Source: an uncultured Eubacteriales bacterium (GTDB lineage Bacteria > Bacillota > Clostridia > Oscillospirales > CAG-272). Taken from it: a stretch of 27,103 bases of DNA. Below are positions 16,630 to 24,457 of the stretch, piece by piece; the stretch's first letter is position 1; each line of letters begins with the position of its first letter. The notes under the pieces were generated by a model. The model made no database searches, was not told where the DNA came from, and was given only the letters and a program-made list of their open reading frames with translations. The stretch spans positions 1 to 27,103 of the forward strand of contig URPL01000021.1 of the NCBI GenBank assembly GCA_900549725.1, in the 5' to 3' direction. The translations under genes were made by a program, and so were the position numbers.

Positions 16630-18093
16630 TTATTTGGGTTCCTCGGCAAAGAAAGCGCGAATTTTTGCCGTGTTTTCCGCGCTCATTGCGCTTTTGTTTT
16701 CGCAAAGGTATTCATAGGGGTATTTTGCGGAAAAAATACGCAGTATTTTTGAGGGATCGTTCCCGACAAGCCTGGTCACGGCGCCTGCGCCGCAGCCGAA
16801 CACGCTGTGAAATTCCTCCATCATGTAGACATTATAAAGGCTTTGCGTACCGGGCTTTGCATATCCGACATTTTCGAGATTTCCGACCGTGTTTTTCTGC
16901 CGATAAAGATAATACGGCGCATATCCGTGCTCCGCGGCGCGCGCCCTCGCATATTCCACCATTTCGCCGACTCTGCCCGCACTGCGGGAAAAATGAGACT
17001 GCTCCGTGTGGCGCAGATCCGCCGCCCGCTTGACGCAAAAAGTATGTACCGTGAAGTTTTCGGGTGCGAGGCGCATGATTTCGTCGACACTGCGAAAAAA
17101 GCTTTCGGCGCTCTCGCCCGGCAGCCCCGCAATCAGATCGGTATTGATGATCGGAATGCCGCTTTTGCGCGCCGCTTCATAAGCGGAATAGAATTGCTCG
17201 ACCGTGTGGCGGCGGCCGACAGAGCGTAAAATTTCATCATTCAGCGTTTGCGGATTGATGCTGATACGGCAAACGCCGTGCTCTTTTGCTATGGCAAGCT
17301 TTTCCGCGGTGATCGTGTCCGGGCGGCCCGCCTCCAATGTAAATTCCCGTAAAGCGCCGACATCCGCATTTTCACAGACCGTGTCCAGCAGCCGTTTGAG
17401 CTGCGCCTCGTTCAATGTCGTCGGGGTTCCGCCGCCGATATATACGGTGGTAAGCGAAAGGCCGAGCGAGCGGATAAGCGCCGTCGTTTGTCGGATTTCA
17501 TCGCAAAGCTTATCAAGATATGCCGGAATCTGCCGCAAAAGCCCTTCCGTTGCAAACGAGACAAAGGAACAATAGCTGCAGCGGCTGGGGCAAAACGGAA
17601 CGGAAAGATACAGCGAGCAGCTGTTTTTCGGCATGCTTTGCAAAACCGTTTGTTCAAAGGAGGCAACCTCGCAAACAAGCTTTGCTTTTTCCGGGCGCAC
17701 AAGATATTCTTTGCAAAACATCTGCCGTGTCTGCTCCGGCGTTTTTCCCTGCGCCAAAGCGCGCAGTGCAAGCTTGCCCGGACGCACGCCTGTCAAAATA
17801 CCGTAGGCAGGACGCTCCGCAAAAAGCTGCTCCGAAGCCTGCATAAATGCATAGCCGACGCAAAGCTTTTCGGCGGAAAAAGCCCCCTGCCCCGTTTGCT
17901 GCCTGCTTTGCACCCGCACGGTGCGCACGCCGTCGTCAACACTCAGAACGGCATGGCAAACGCCGCTCTCTTCGGAAACGGAAAGGCAGACATGCGGCAA
18001 TGCGGCATCGTGAAAATTTTCACCGGGGAACAAAAGCATGCAAAGCATCTGCACATAATAGGCATTTTCCGCGCCGTGTAATTCAAGCTGCAT
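16630..18093 (-). CDS. Radical-SAM enzyme of the HemN-like family (HemZ-type, annotated 'oxygen-independent coproporphyrinogen oxidase-like'; true substrate uncertain)
   Basis: A CxxxCxxC cluster (CPSRCSYC) lies in an N-terminally extended HemN-like architecture, with a GGGTP SAM-binding motif and a 487-aa product typical of HemZ. The ATG at 18093 follows AAGGGG plus 9 nt. Confidence 0.75.
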   Translation of the reverse strand: MQLELHGAENAYYVQMLCMLLFPGENFHDAALPHVCLSVSEESGVCHAVLSVDDGVRTVRVQSRQQTGQGAFSAEKLCVGYAFMQASEQLFAERPAYGILTGVRPGKLALRALAQGKTPEQTRQMFCKEYLVRPEKAKLVCEVASFEQTVLQSMPKNSCSLYLSVPFCPSRCSYCSFVSFATEGLLRQIPAYLDKLCDEIRQTTALIRSLGLSLTTVYIGGGTPTTLNEAQLKRLLDTVCENADVGALREFTLEAGRPDTITAEKLAIAKEHGVCRISINPQTLNDEILRSVGRRHTVEQFYSAYEAARKSGIPIINTDLIAGLPGESAESFFRSVDEIMRLAPENFTVHTFCVKRAADLRHTEQSHFSRSAGRVGEMVEYARARAAEHGYAPYYLYRQKNTVGNLENVGYAKPGTQSLYNVYMMEEFHSVFGCGAGAVTRLVGNDPSKILRIFSAKYPYEYLCENKSAMSAENTAKIRAFFAEEPK

Positions 18094-18118
18094 GATATCC
18101 ATCCCCCTTAACTTTATT

Positions 18119-18147
18119 ATTATACCACGCCGCAAAGCGCTTGAAAA
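18119..18147 (-). promoter_or_regulatory. Candidate extended -10 promoter of the radical-SAM/PNP/mtaD(/flippase) operon
   Basis: On the minus strand the sequence reads TTTTCA (18142-18147), a 17-bp spacer, then TGgTATAAT (hexamer at 18119-18124). It is back-to-back with the plus-strand promoter of the GNAT gene. Confidence 0.5.
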
Positions 18148-18202
18148 GCCTTTTTCGTGTTTTTTTACATTTACGCAATTCCACACCATCCTCCGCTTTT
18201 GA

Positions 18203-18231
18203 TTGCAAAGGCGAAAAATATATGGTATACT
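18203..18231 (+). promoter_or_regulatory. Candidate promoter of the GNAT gene
   Basis: TTGCAA (18203-18208), a 17-bp spacer, then TGgTATACT (18226-18231). Confidence 0.5.
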
Positions 18232-18262
18232 GAGAGAAAACAGAAAGGTATAAACTATAAAA

Positions 18263-18820
18263 ATGAAACTCGGAAACATCAGCAGCCCGGCGGAATATCG
18301 TGCCTGTTTTCGGTTATACCGCGCGGCCTTCCCGCGGGCAGAGCGCAAGCCGGTTTTGCAGCTTTTGCATGCGCGGCGCCGCGGTAAGGCGGAGCTGCTC
18401 GGTATTTTTGACGATGCAAATATACTGTGCGGCATTGCAATTTTGCTGAAAAACGATACGCATGCCCTTTTGGACTATTTTGCGGTGATGCCGAAAAGCA
18501 GAGGCGAAGGGATCGGCTCCCGGGCGCTTGCCCTTTTGCGGGACCATTGCGGTGAAAGACGCTTCTTGCTTGAAATTGAGCAATGCGATATCCCCTGCGA
18601 AAACAAGGAACAGCGCCTGCGCCGACGGCGCTTTTATCTTAGAAACGGAATACAGCCGAGCGGGATACTTGTTTTGCAAAACGGCGTGCACCTTGAGGTG
18701 CTTTGCTGCGGCGGGGACACCTCCTTTGCGCAATATCATACCCTGATCCGGGAAGGATACGGGCAGCGCGTTGCCGCAAAAACCACCCTGCTTTCCGAAA
18801 ACAGCGGAAGCGCACGGTAG
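18263..18820 (+). CDS. GNAT-family N-acetyltransferase
   Basis: Acetyl-CoA binding motif (R/Q-x-x-G-x-G/A) in RGEGIGSRAL, within a product of about 185 aa. Confidence 0.75.
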   Translation: MKLGNISSPAEYRACFRLYRAAFPRAERKPVLQLLHARRRGKAELLGIFDDANILCGIAILLKNDTHALLDYFAVMPKSRGEGIGSRALALLRDHCGERRFLLEIEQCDIPCENKEQRLRRRRFYLRNGIQPSGILVLQNGVHLEVLCCGGDTSFAQYHTLIREGYGQRVAAKTTLLSENSGSAR

Positions 18821-18872
18821 GAATTTTTCCTTCTCATTCGTCTAACCGATCGGGAGAAAAAACGGAGGATGT

Positions 18873-19421
18873 ATGGAAAATGATCTGATTCTGTTTCGGC
18901 GCTTTTGCGCAGGCGAGGAAGCGGCATTTGATTGTCTTGTTGAAAAATACCGCCTCCCTCTGACACGTTTTGTCAATCGCTATGTTGCCGATGAGGCAGT
19001 TGCGGAGGAGATTGCAATTGATGCGTTTTTCAGTCTCACGGTCCACAGGCATCATTTCCGCGCTGAAAGTGCCGTAAAAACCTATTTATTCACCATCGGG
19101 CGCAACCGTGCCGTGGATTTTCTGCGGCACGAATATCATTTCGGCAAAGCCGCTCTTGAGGATGTGCCGCCGCAGACCGCAAACACGGGAGATCCGACCT
19201 TTGAAGTAGCATATGCAAACGAGCGGGAGCGCACTTTGCACAAAGCGATCAACGCGCTGCCGCCGGATATGCAGGCGGCGATATCGCTCTGCTATTTTGA
19301 GGGGCAAAGCTATGCGCAAGCGGCAAAAATTATGAAAAAAAGCACAAAGCAACTCGATAATCTGCTCACACGCGCCAAGAAAAAGCTGCGCGAAGCGCTC
19401 GGAGAGGAGGCAGCGTTTTGA
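18873..19421 (+). CDS. ECF-type RNA polymerase sigma factor (sigma-70 regions 2 and 4)
   Basis: Region 2 (YRLPLTRFVNRYVADEAVAEEIAIDAFF) and a region-4 helix-turn-helix (ISLCYFEGQSYAQAAKIMKKSTKQLDNLLTRAKKKLR) in a 182-aa product. The GGAGG RBS sits only 4 nt upstream, which is a short spacing. Confidence 0.8.
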   Translation: MENDLILFRRFCAGEEAAFDCLVEKYRLPLTRFVNRYVADEAVAEEIAIDAFFSLTVHRHHFRAESAVKTYLFTIGRNRAVDFLRHEYHFGKAALEDVPPQTANTGDPTFEVAYANERERTLHKAINALPPDMQAAISLCYFEGQSYAQAAKIMKKSTKQLDNLLTRAKKKLREALGEEAAF

Positions 19422-19951
19422 AAACAAATGAAGAATTCAAAGCCGCCGTTTTTGCAAAGCGGGAGGCTTATCGCAAAAAAAGACGGAAAATGCTGCTCGA
19501 AATCGCCGGCGGCTGCTGCGCATTTTTGATCATTTTCGGCGGTATTACCGCTCTTTTGCGCAATGCAGGAACAAAAAGTGCGCGTGACGACGGGGAAAAA
19601 GGGATCCCCGGCGATGCGCAGCAAATGGAACAGGAATGGGAAAACGGCGGGGTGCAAACGAAAAAAGAGCGCTGTGCCGCGCTTTACGAAATGCTCAGGC
19701 TCCGCCTTACGGAAGAGGGCGCGGGGGGCGAAACAGCCGTTTGCTCCGCCGTCCTCCAAAACAAGGACACCGGGGAGCAGCTGAGCTGTACCGACCCCGA
19801 AAAAATTTGCTCGGCGCTCTTTCTCGGGCGGACATATTGCGCCGCGAACGAAAAAGAGGGCGTATGTACGCTCACGGTGCGGCTCGCGGACGGCACAGAG
19901 GAAAGCTTTCCTCTGACAGAGTGGGATGCGCTGCGGCTTGCCCTTTCCTGA
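19418..19951 (+). CDS. Putative membrane anti-sigma factor, or a sigma-associated single-pass membrane protein
   Basis: A TTG start overlaps the sigma-factor stop (TTGA). A short basic cytoplasmic N-terminus is followed by one TM helix (LLEIAGGCCAFLIIFGGITALL) and a small extracytoplasmic domain with four Cys. The position and topology are typical of cognate anti-sigma factors. Confidence 0.5.
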   Translation: MKTNEEFKAAVFAKREAYRKKRRKMLLEIAGGCCAFLIIFGGITALLRNAGTKSARDDGEKGIPGDAQQMEQEWENGGVQTKKERCAALYEMLRLRLTEEGAGGETAVCSAVLQNKDTGEQLSCTDPEKICSALFLGRTYCAANEKEGVCTLTVRLADGTEESFPLTEWDALRLALS

Positions 19952-19964
19952 AAAAAATAAGAAG

Positions 19965-19995
19965 ATCGCCGACGCATCCCGTCGGCGATTTTTCG
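19965..19995 (+). terminator. Rho-independent terminator after the sigma/anti-sigma pair
   Basis: A 10-bp stem ATCGCCGACG/CGTCGGCGAT with loop CATCC, followed by TTTTCG. Confidence 0.65.
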
Positions 19996-20024
19996 TTGAC
20001 AAAGCGCTTGCGATTCGGTATAAT
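19996..20024 (+). promoter_or_regulatory. Perfect consensus sigma-A promoter of the NSS transporter gene
   Basis: TTGACA (19996-20001), a 17-bp spacer, then TATAAT (20019-20024). An AAGGAAG RBS lies 8 nt before the ATG at 20059. Confidence 0.65.
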
Positions 20025-20058
20025 AAATCCGCTTGAATCAATATAAGGAAGTTATACA

Positions 20059-21417
20059 ATGGAGAGAGAGTCCTTCAAATCACGCCTCGGCTTTTTGCTC
20101 GTCAGCGCGGGCTGCGCCATCGGCATCGGCAATGTGTGGCGGTTTCCCTTTGTCGTGGGGCAAAACGGCGGTGGGTTTTTCGTTCTGATCTATCTGATCA
20201 TGCTTGTGATTATGGGGCTGCCCGTGCTTTCGATGGAACTGGCGGTCGGCAGAGCGAGCAGAAAAAGCGCTGTTTTGGCATATCGGGTGCTGGAAAAGCC
20301 GAAGGCAAAATGGCATATTCACGGCTGGTTTGCGCTCATCGGCTGTTTTGTGCTGATGATGTATTATACCACGGTCTCCGGCTGGATGCTCAACTACTTT
20401 TTTAAGTTTGCAAGCGGGACCTTTTCCCCTCAAATGAACACGGAGCAAAGCGCCGCCGTTTTCACCGATATGCTTGCAAATCCGCTCGAAATGGGCTTTT
20501 GGATGGCAGTAACGGTGCTTGGCGGGATCCTTGTCTGCAGTCTTGGGGTCCGCAAAGGGCTTGAGCGCGTCAGCAAATGGATGATGAGCGCGCTGTTTTT
20601 GCTGATTCTGATTCTCGCCGTGCACAGCTTCACCCTCAGCGGCGCAAAAGAGGGGCTTTCGTTTTACCTTGTTCCGAATCTTGAAAATGTCCGTGAGGTC
20701 GGCATCGGTAATGTAATCGCCTCTGCAATGAACCAGGCATTTTTCACCCTCAGCCTCGGCATTGCCGCCATGGAGATCTTCGGCAGCTATATGAGCCGCG
20801 AGCATACGCTGCTCGGCGAGGGAGCGCGCATTTGCATGCTTGACACCTTTGTCGCCGTTTCCGCCGGGCTGATCATTTTCCCCGCCTGCTTTTCCTACGG
20901 CGTTGAGGTAACCGCGGGGCCGAGCCTTATTTTCGTGACCCTGCCCAATGTGTTTTTGCATATGCCGGGCGGCAGAATCTGGGGCAGCCTGTTTTTCCTT
21001 TTTATGACCTTTGCTTCCTTTTCAACGGTCATCGCGGTTATTGAAAACATTTTATCCACCTGCATGGATACATTTCGCTGGAGCCGAAAGAAAGCCTCCG
21101 CTTTGTGCGGCGTGCTCATTTTTGCGCTCAGCATTCCCTGTGTGCTCGGCTACAATGTTTGGAGCGGCGTGCATCCGATCGGCGGGCGCGATATTTTGGA
21201 CAGCGAGGATTTTATCGTCAGCAATGTGCTGCTTCCCCTTGGCTCTTTGGTCTATCTGCTCTTCTGCGTCTCACGCTTTGGTTGGGGCTTTGAAAAATAT
21301 CAGGCAGAAGCAAATACGGGCAAAGGGCTGCGGGTGCACACCTGGATGAAATGGTATTTTCGTCTTGTTTTGCCGCTGCTCATTCTCGCTATCTTTTTCA
21401 TCGGTTTGTTTGCATAA
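20059..21417 (+). CDS. Sodium-dependent transporter of the neurotransmitter:sodium symporter (NSS/SNF, LeuT-like) family
   Basis: NSS signature GNVWRFP near the N-terminus, about 12 TM helices, and a 452-aa product. Confidence 0.85.
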   Translation: MERESFKSRLGFLLVSAGCAIGIGNVWRFPFVVGQNGGGFFVLIYLIMLVIMGLPVLSMELAVGRASRKSAVLAYRVLEKPKAKWHIHGWFALIGCFVLMMYYTTVSGWMLNYFFKFASGTFSPQMNTEQSAAVFTDMLANPLEMGFWMAVTVLGGILVCSLGVRKGLERVSKWMMSALFLLILILAVHSFTLSGAKEGLSFYLVPNLENVREVGIGNVIASAMNQAFFTLSLGIAAMEIFGSYMSREHTLLGEGARICMLDTFVAVSAGLIIFPACFSYGVEVTAGPSLIFVTLPNVFLHMPGGRIWGSLFFLFMTFASFSTVIAVIENILSTCMDTFRWSRKKASALCGVLIFALSIPCVLGYNVWSGVHPIGGRDILDSEDFIVSNVLLPLGSLVYLLFCVSRFGWGFEKYQAEANTGKGLRVHTWMKWYFRLVLPLLILAIFFIGLFA

Positions 21418-21440
21418 CCGCTCATCGGTAAGCCGCAACA

Positions 21441-21471
21441 AAAAAGTCCGGCACATGCCGGGCTTTTTTTG
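21441..21471. terminator. Bidirectional terminator between the convergent NSS and lipoprotein genes
   Basis: The hairpin GTCCGGCA-ca-TGCCGGGC is flanked by AAAAAA upstream and TTTTTTT downstream. Confidence 0.6.
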
Positions 21472-21478
21472 CAAAAAC

Positions 21479-22819
21479 TTATTCCTTTGTGATCGTGCGC
21501 GTCAGGGTGCAGTGCAGTGTATGCCCGTCAATTTCGTAGCTGACATCAAAAGAGAGCGTCTGTTGCAGCAGCGTGCCGTTTTCATCAATGCTGAGCGTCC
21601 CGCTGCGCTGCGCATATTGCTTCTCCGTCGCTTTTGCAAGATACCCTTCCATGTTGTCATACAGGGAGGTAATGTATTGCGAAAACACTTCGTCAATCAA
21701 GGATTCTGAGTAAACATAAGTATAAAGCGTATCGGTTTGCTCCTGCTTTTTTGCAATATCCTCAAGATATTCGCCGACCGGCGCCGCAGCATTGTAATAG
21801 GAGCGGGAATCCACGATCATATCGCTTGCGTCAACAGCGTCATGCTGATACACGGCTCCGTCATATGCCGCTTCGAGAATACCGTCTTGGTAATTTGCGG
21901 TATGATTCAGAATTTTCTCGGCTTCCCCCTGCCTGACTTCACGGCGGATAGCGTCATGAAAAGTAAACGCATTGCCGAGCACTTGCTGCCGATAGGTATG
22001 CGCATCCGAAACCTGCAGAGAAACCCCCGCATATGACAGCGAAAAGACTGCGTCATCCTGCAGCGAAAAATCCGCCCTGCGGGAGAGTTTGGTATACGCC
22101 GCGTTGATGCTCATCGCATCGGTCAGGTCGGCAACGCGCAGGTAGGCATCGGCATCGGAGGGGACCGTGATCGGCTCTGTGCCTTCCCGTGCCTGCCGCT
22201 GTGCCGTGAATTTTGCTTCAAAGCTTTTATTCTGCCCTAAGAAGCGATACTCCCCTTTCACGGCGACCCCCGCCTTTTCATCGTTTTCCGTTGTTCCTGC
22301 AATCTCAAGAGAGGAAAAAGCGGCGTCGGCGCCGATCCCGAGGCATTTTTTCAAATATTGCTCCATTTCTGCCGTTGCGCCGTCAAAGGCAAGCGCATTT
22401 TCGGCTTGCGTTTGGTTTTGATAAAGCGCGGGGTCACAAAGCGATAAAAACAGCAGATCTGCGCGGCGGGCAGCATACTCCTGTGCGGAAAGCTCGGCAC
22501 TGATTTTTGTCTCATCAAACCCTTTATAATAGTACACGCCCTGCGCATAGGTGTATTCTTCCTCCATGGGCAAGCCGTAATATGCTATCGTGCGCGCAAT
22601 ATGCTCCGCCCCTCCGCACACATTCAGCAGACTTTTATAGGAGGAAAACATTTCCCTTTCCCCCTCGTCATACAAAGTATAGGAAAGAGAGGTTTGCAGG
22701 GAAAAATCATCTCCCGCCAAAAGTCCCTCGTCCGCTTTTTCGGGCGCCGTTTGCTTGCAGGCAGGCAAAATCATGCAAAGCAAGAAAAGAAAAGCCGAAA
22801 AAAATGCTGTTTTTTTCAT
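21479..22819 (-). CDS. Hypothetical lipoprotein (446 aa)
   Basis: The ATG at 22819 is preceded by GAGGGA plus 6 nt. A signal peptide with a lipobox is present (FLFLLCMILPAC-K). The remainder is a soluble domain of unknown function. Confidence 0.6.
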   Translation of the reverse strand: MKKTAFFSAFLFLLCMILPACKQTAPEKADEGLLAGDDFSLQTSLSYTLYDEGEREMFSSYKSLLNVCGGAEHIARTIAYYGLPMEEEYTYAQGVYYYKGFDETKISAELSAQEYAARRADLLFLSLCDPALYQNQTQAENALAFDGATAEMEQYLKKCLGIGADAAFSSLEIAGTTENDEKAGVAVKGEYRFLGQNKSFEAKFTAQRQAREGTEPITVPSDADAYLRVADLTDAMSINAAYTKLSRRADFSLQDDAVFSLSYAGVSLQVSDAHTYRQQVLGNAFTFHDAIRREVRQGEAEKILNHTANYQDGILEAAYDGAVYQHDAVDASDMIVDSRSYYNAAAPVGEYLEDIAKKQEQTDTLYTYVYSESLIDEVFSQYITSLYDNMEGYLAKATEKQYAQRSGTLSIDENGTLLQQTLSFDVSYEIDGHTLHCTLTRTITKE

Positions 22820-22871
22820 GGTATTCCCTCGTCTTTCGTTGTTGCGTCGTGTTTTCAAAGCGGCGGGCTAT

Positions 22872-24038
22872 TTATCCGTCATTTTCTTCCGTCGGCGTCT
22901 GCGGCGTTTCAAAGCGAAGATTTACGCCGCCTACCTGCGCCCCGCCGTCCGCGCGGATCAAAATATATTTGGTGCCGTTAATTTCCCTTGTGCTGACAAG
23001 ATCCGCCCGCTCCGGATTGACGCGAATGGTAACATCGGACGTTTGCAGCGCAAACTGCTTCACATCCACCAAATTGGCAGGCGGCAGCGCGGTGCCGACG
23101 CCGAATGCCTCGTCATATTCCGCGGAAAAGGACCGCAGCTGCTCCTGCGGCAGATCGCAGACCTGTAAAATCTGCTCAATGGAATCCTTCGTGATAAGCA
23201 GCGGCTCCGGGTCATGGCTTTCACGATGCTCCCGAACGATCGCGCTGACATTTGCGTGAAGCGCCTGCATCACGGAAAGATCGCACCCTTCCTGCACGCT
23301 CTCCGAGAGCACTTGCCTGAAGCATTCCTTTTGCTGTGCGGGCGGCATAGGCGCCTGCGCGGCAAACAGCGCCGCAAACAGATCCGCATAGCTGGCTTTG
23401 CCGTCTTTGCAATAGCAAATACAGCCGTAAATATTACTTTTGCGGTCGTCAAATGCCGGATAGGTAAAGCCGAAGGTCGGCGGGCAGACAATGCCGTTTT
23501 CCACAGAGCTTTGAAACTTGCTTTCATAGGCGGAAAAAGCAAGATGCTCTTTCCCGTTTTTCAAAGGGCAGACCGCCGCGGTCAGATAGGTAAACTGCTC
23601 GGAGGATTCAAGGCTTCCGGAGCCGCTCGCCCCGGTGGAAAAAACATCATAGGTATCGCTTGCAAGCAAGACGACATGATTTTCGTTTTCCTTGCAGCTA
23701 AGCCCCGAGGCGATTTTTCCATACAGGCTCTCCCGCAGGGCTTCGTCTGCACAGCCGCAGCCGCGCAGATCGGAAAGCAGGCGCTGCTCCGCCCCGTTTA
23801 GCACCTGTTCGTTTGTGAAAGAGACCTCTGCAAGGCGCTGCCCGACGGCACCGCTGAGCGTTTTTTTCAAAAGCGCCAGAATTGCCTCGCTCTCATTTTC
23901 CGAAAGCGTGGAAAACGGTACGGAAAAGCGCTTGAGTATTTCCTTTTTATCATTGATATAGCAGCCGTGCACCACCGAGATGTTCGTGCGCTCCGGATGA
24001 AAATGGCGGCGCAGCTCCGCCGTTTCGCGTTGATTCAT
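22872..24038 (-). CDS. Hypothetical cytoplasmic protein (388 aa), possibly of the DUF4317 family
   Basis: A single intact ORF with a GGAGGGG RBS. No catalytic motif is recognised. The family assignment is from memory only. Confidence 0.55.
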   Translation of the reverse strand: MNQRETAELRRHFHPERTNISVVHGCYINDKKEILKRFSVPFSTLSENESEAILALLKKTLSGAVGQRLAEVSFTNEQVLNGAEQRLLSDLRGCGCADEALRESLYGKIASGLSCKENENHVVLLASDTYDVFSTGASGSGSLESSEQFTYLTAAVCPLKNGKEHLAFSAYESKFQSSVENGIVCPPTFGFTYPAFDDRKSNIYGCICYCKDGKASYADLFAALFAAQAPMPPAQQKECFRQVLSESVQEGCDLSVMQALHANVSAIVREHRESHDPEPLLITKDSIEQILQVCDLPQEQLRSFSAEYDEAFGVGTALPPANLVDVKQFALQTSDVTIRVNPERADLVSTREINGTKYILIRADGGAQVGGVNLRFETPQTPTEENDG

Positions 24039-24165
24039 GGGTCCCCTCCGAATTTATAATTTTTCTCCGTTAAGACAGTTGCATTGCGCGCGCAAAGCGG
24101 TATTCGGCGAAAAAACCAAACGCCGCTTTCGCGAACAATCTCACTCGCCAAAAGGCAAATATAAC

Positions 24166-24198
24166 TGAAAAAGCACTTGCGTTGCAAGTGCTTTTTCA
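24166..24198. terminator. Bidirectional terminator immediately downstream of tRNA-Arg
   Basis: An 8-bp stem GCACTTGC/GCAAGTGC with loop GTT, flanked by AAAAA and TTTTT. It lies 2 nt from the tRNA 3' CCA end. Confidence 0.55.
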
Positions 24199-24275
24199 TG
24201 GCCTGCCCGAGCGGATTCGAACCGCTGACCTTTAGAGTCGGAGTCTAACGCGCTATCCAGCTGTGCCACGGGCAG
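24199..24275 (-). tRNA. tRNA-Arg (anticodon CCG), 77 nt with an encoded CCA
   Basis: A manual fold gives a 7-bp acceptor stem (CTGCCCG/CGGGCAG) and a D-arm GCAC-AGCTGGATA-GCGC. The anticodon stem is TTAGA/TCTAA around the loop CTCCGAC, with U33, anticodon CCG and A37. The T-arm is AGCGG-TTCGAAT-CCGCT, followed by discriminator G and CCA. Confidence 0.85.
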
Positions 24276-24295
24276 ATGCATTTTTGAACGCTGAG

Positions 24296-24324
24296 ATTAT
24301 AGCACACTTTTTGTTTTTTGTAAA
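24296..24324 (-). promoter_or_regulatory. Promoter of the tRNA-Arg gene
   Basis: On the minus strand the sequence reads TTTACA (24319-24324), a 17-bp spacer, then gtgcTATAAT (hexamer at 24296-24301). The -10 lies 20 nt upstream of the mature tRNA 5' end. Confidence 0.55.
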
Positions 24325-24396
24325 GGCAAATTTTTGTTTTTTTACTTTTTCATAAAAAGAAATCAAATTCGACAAAATTTTTAGCACCCTTTTTCA

Positions 24397-24425
24397 TTGA
24401 CTTTCCCGCAAAAAAACTGTATACT
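24397..24425 (+). promoter_or_regulatory. Promoter of the SIS/Prs pair
   Basis: TTGACT (24397-24402), a 17-bp spacer, then TATACT (24420-24425). A GGAGG RBS lies 7 nt before the ATG at 24458. Confidence 0.5.
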
Positions 24426-24457
24426 GCTTTTAGATATGTTTAGCTCTGGAGGTCACT

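Noticed and set aside
15755-18435. Long N-terminal extensions given in the ORF track for the mtaD, PNP and radical-SAM genes (and likewise gnd, the PfkB kinase, rnmV, the 8597 gene and the DUF4830-like gene)
   Set aside because: The extensions overlap the upstream genes in other frames and lack Shine-Dalgarno sequences. Internal ATGs with good RBSs give products of canonical family length.
18817-18845. Possible ECF-type autoregulatory promoter (GGAAT...CGTC) upstream of the sigma-factor gene
   Set aside because: The spacing between the AAT and CGT elements is about 14 nt rather than the usual 16-17. The match is too weak to report as a feature.
20080-20961. 293-aa minus-strand ORF inside the NSS transporter gene
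   Set aside because: It is antisense to a gene with the GNVWRFP signature. The product is His/Lys/Ala-rich and not protein-like.
22507-23259. 250-aa plus-strand ORF overlapping the DUF4317-like and lipoprotein genes
   Set aside because: It is antisense to two intact minus-strand ORFs. The product is Ser/Arg/Cys-rich and implausible.
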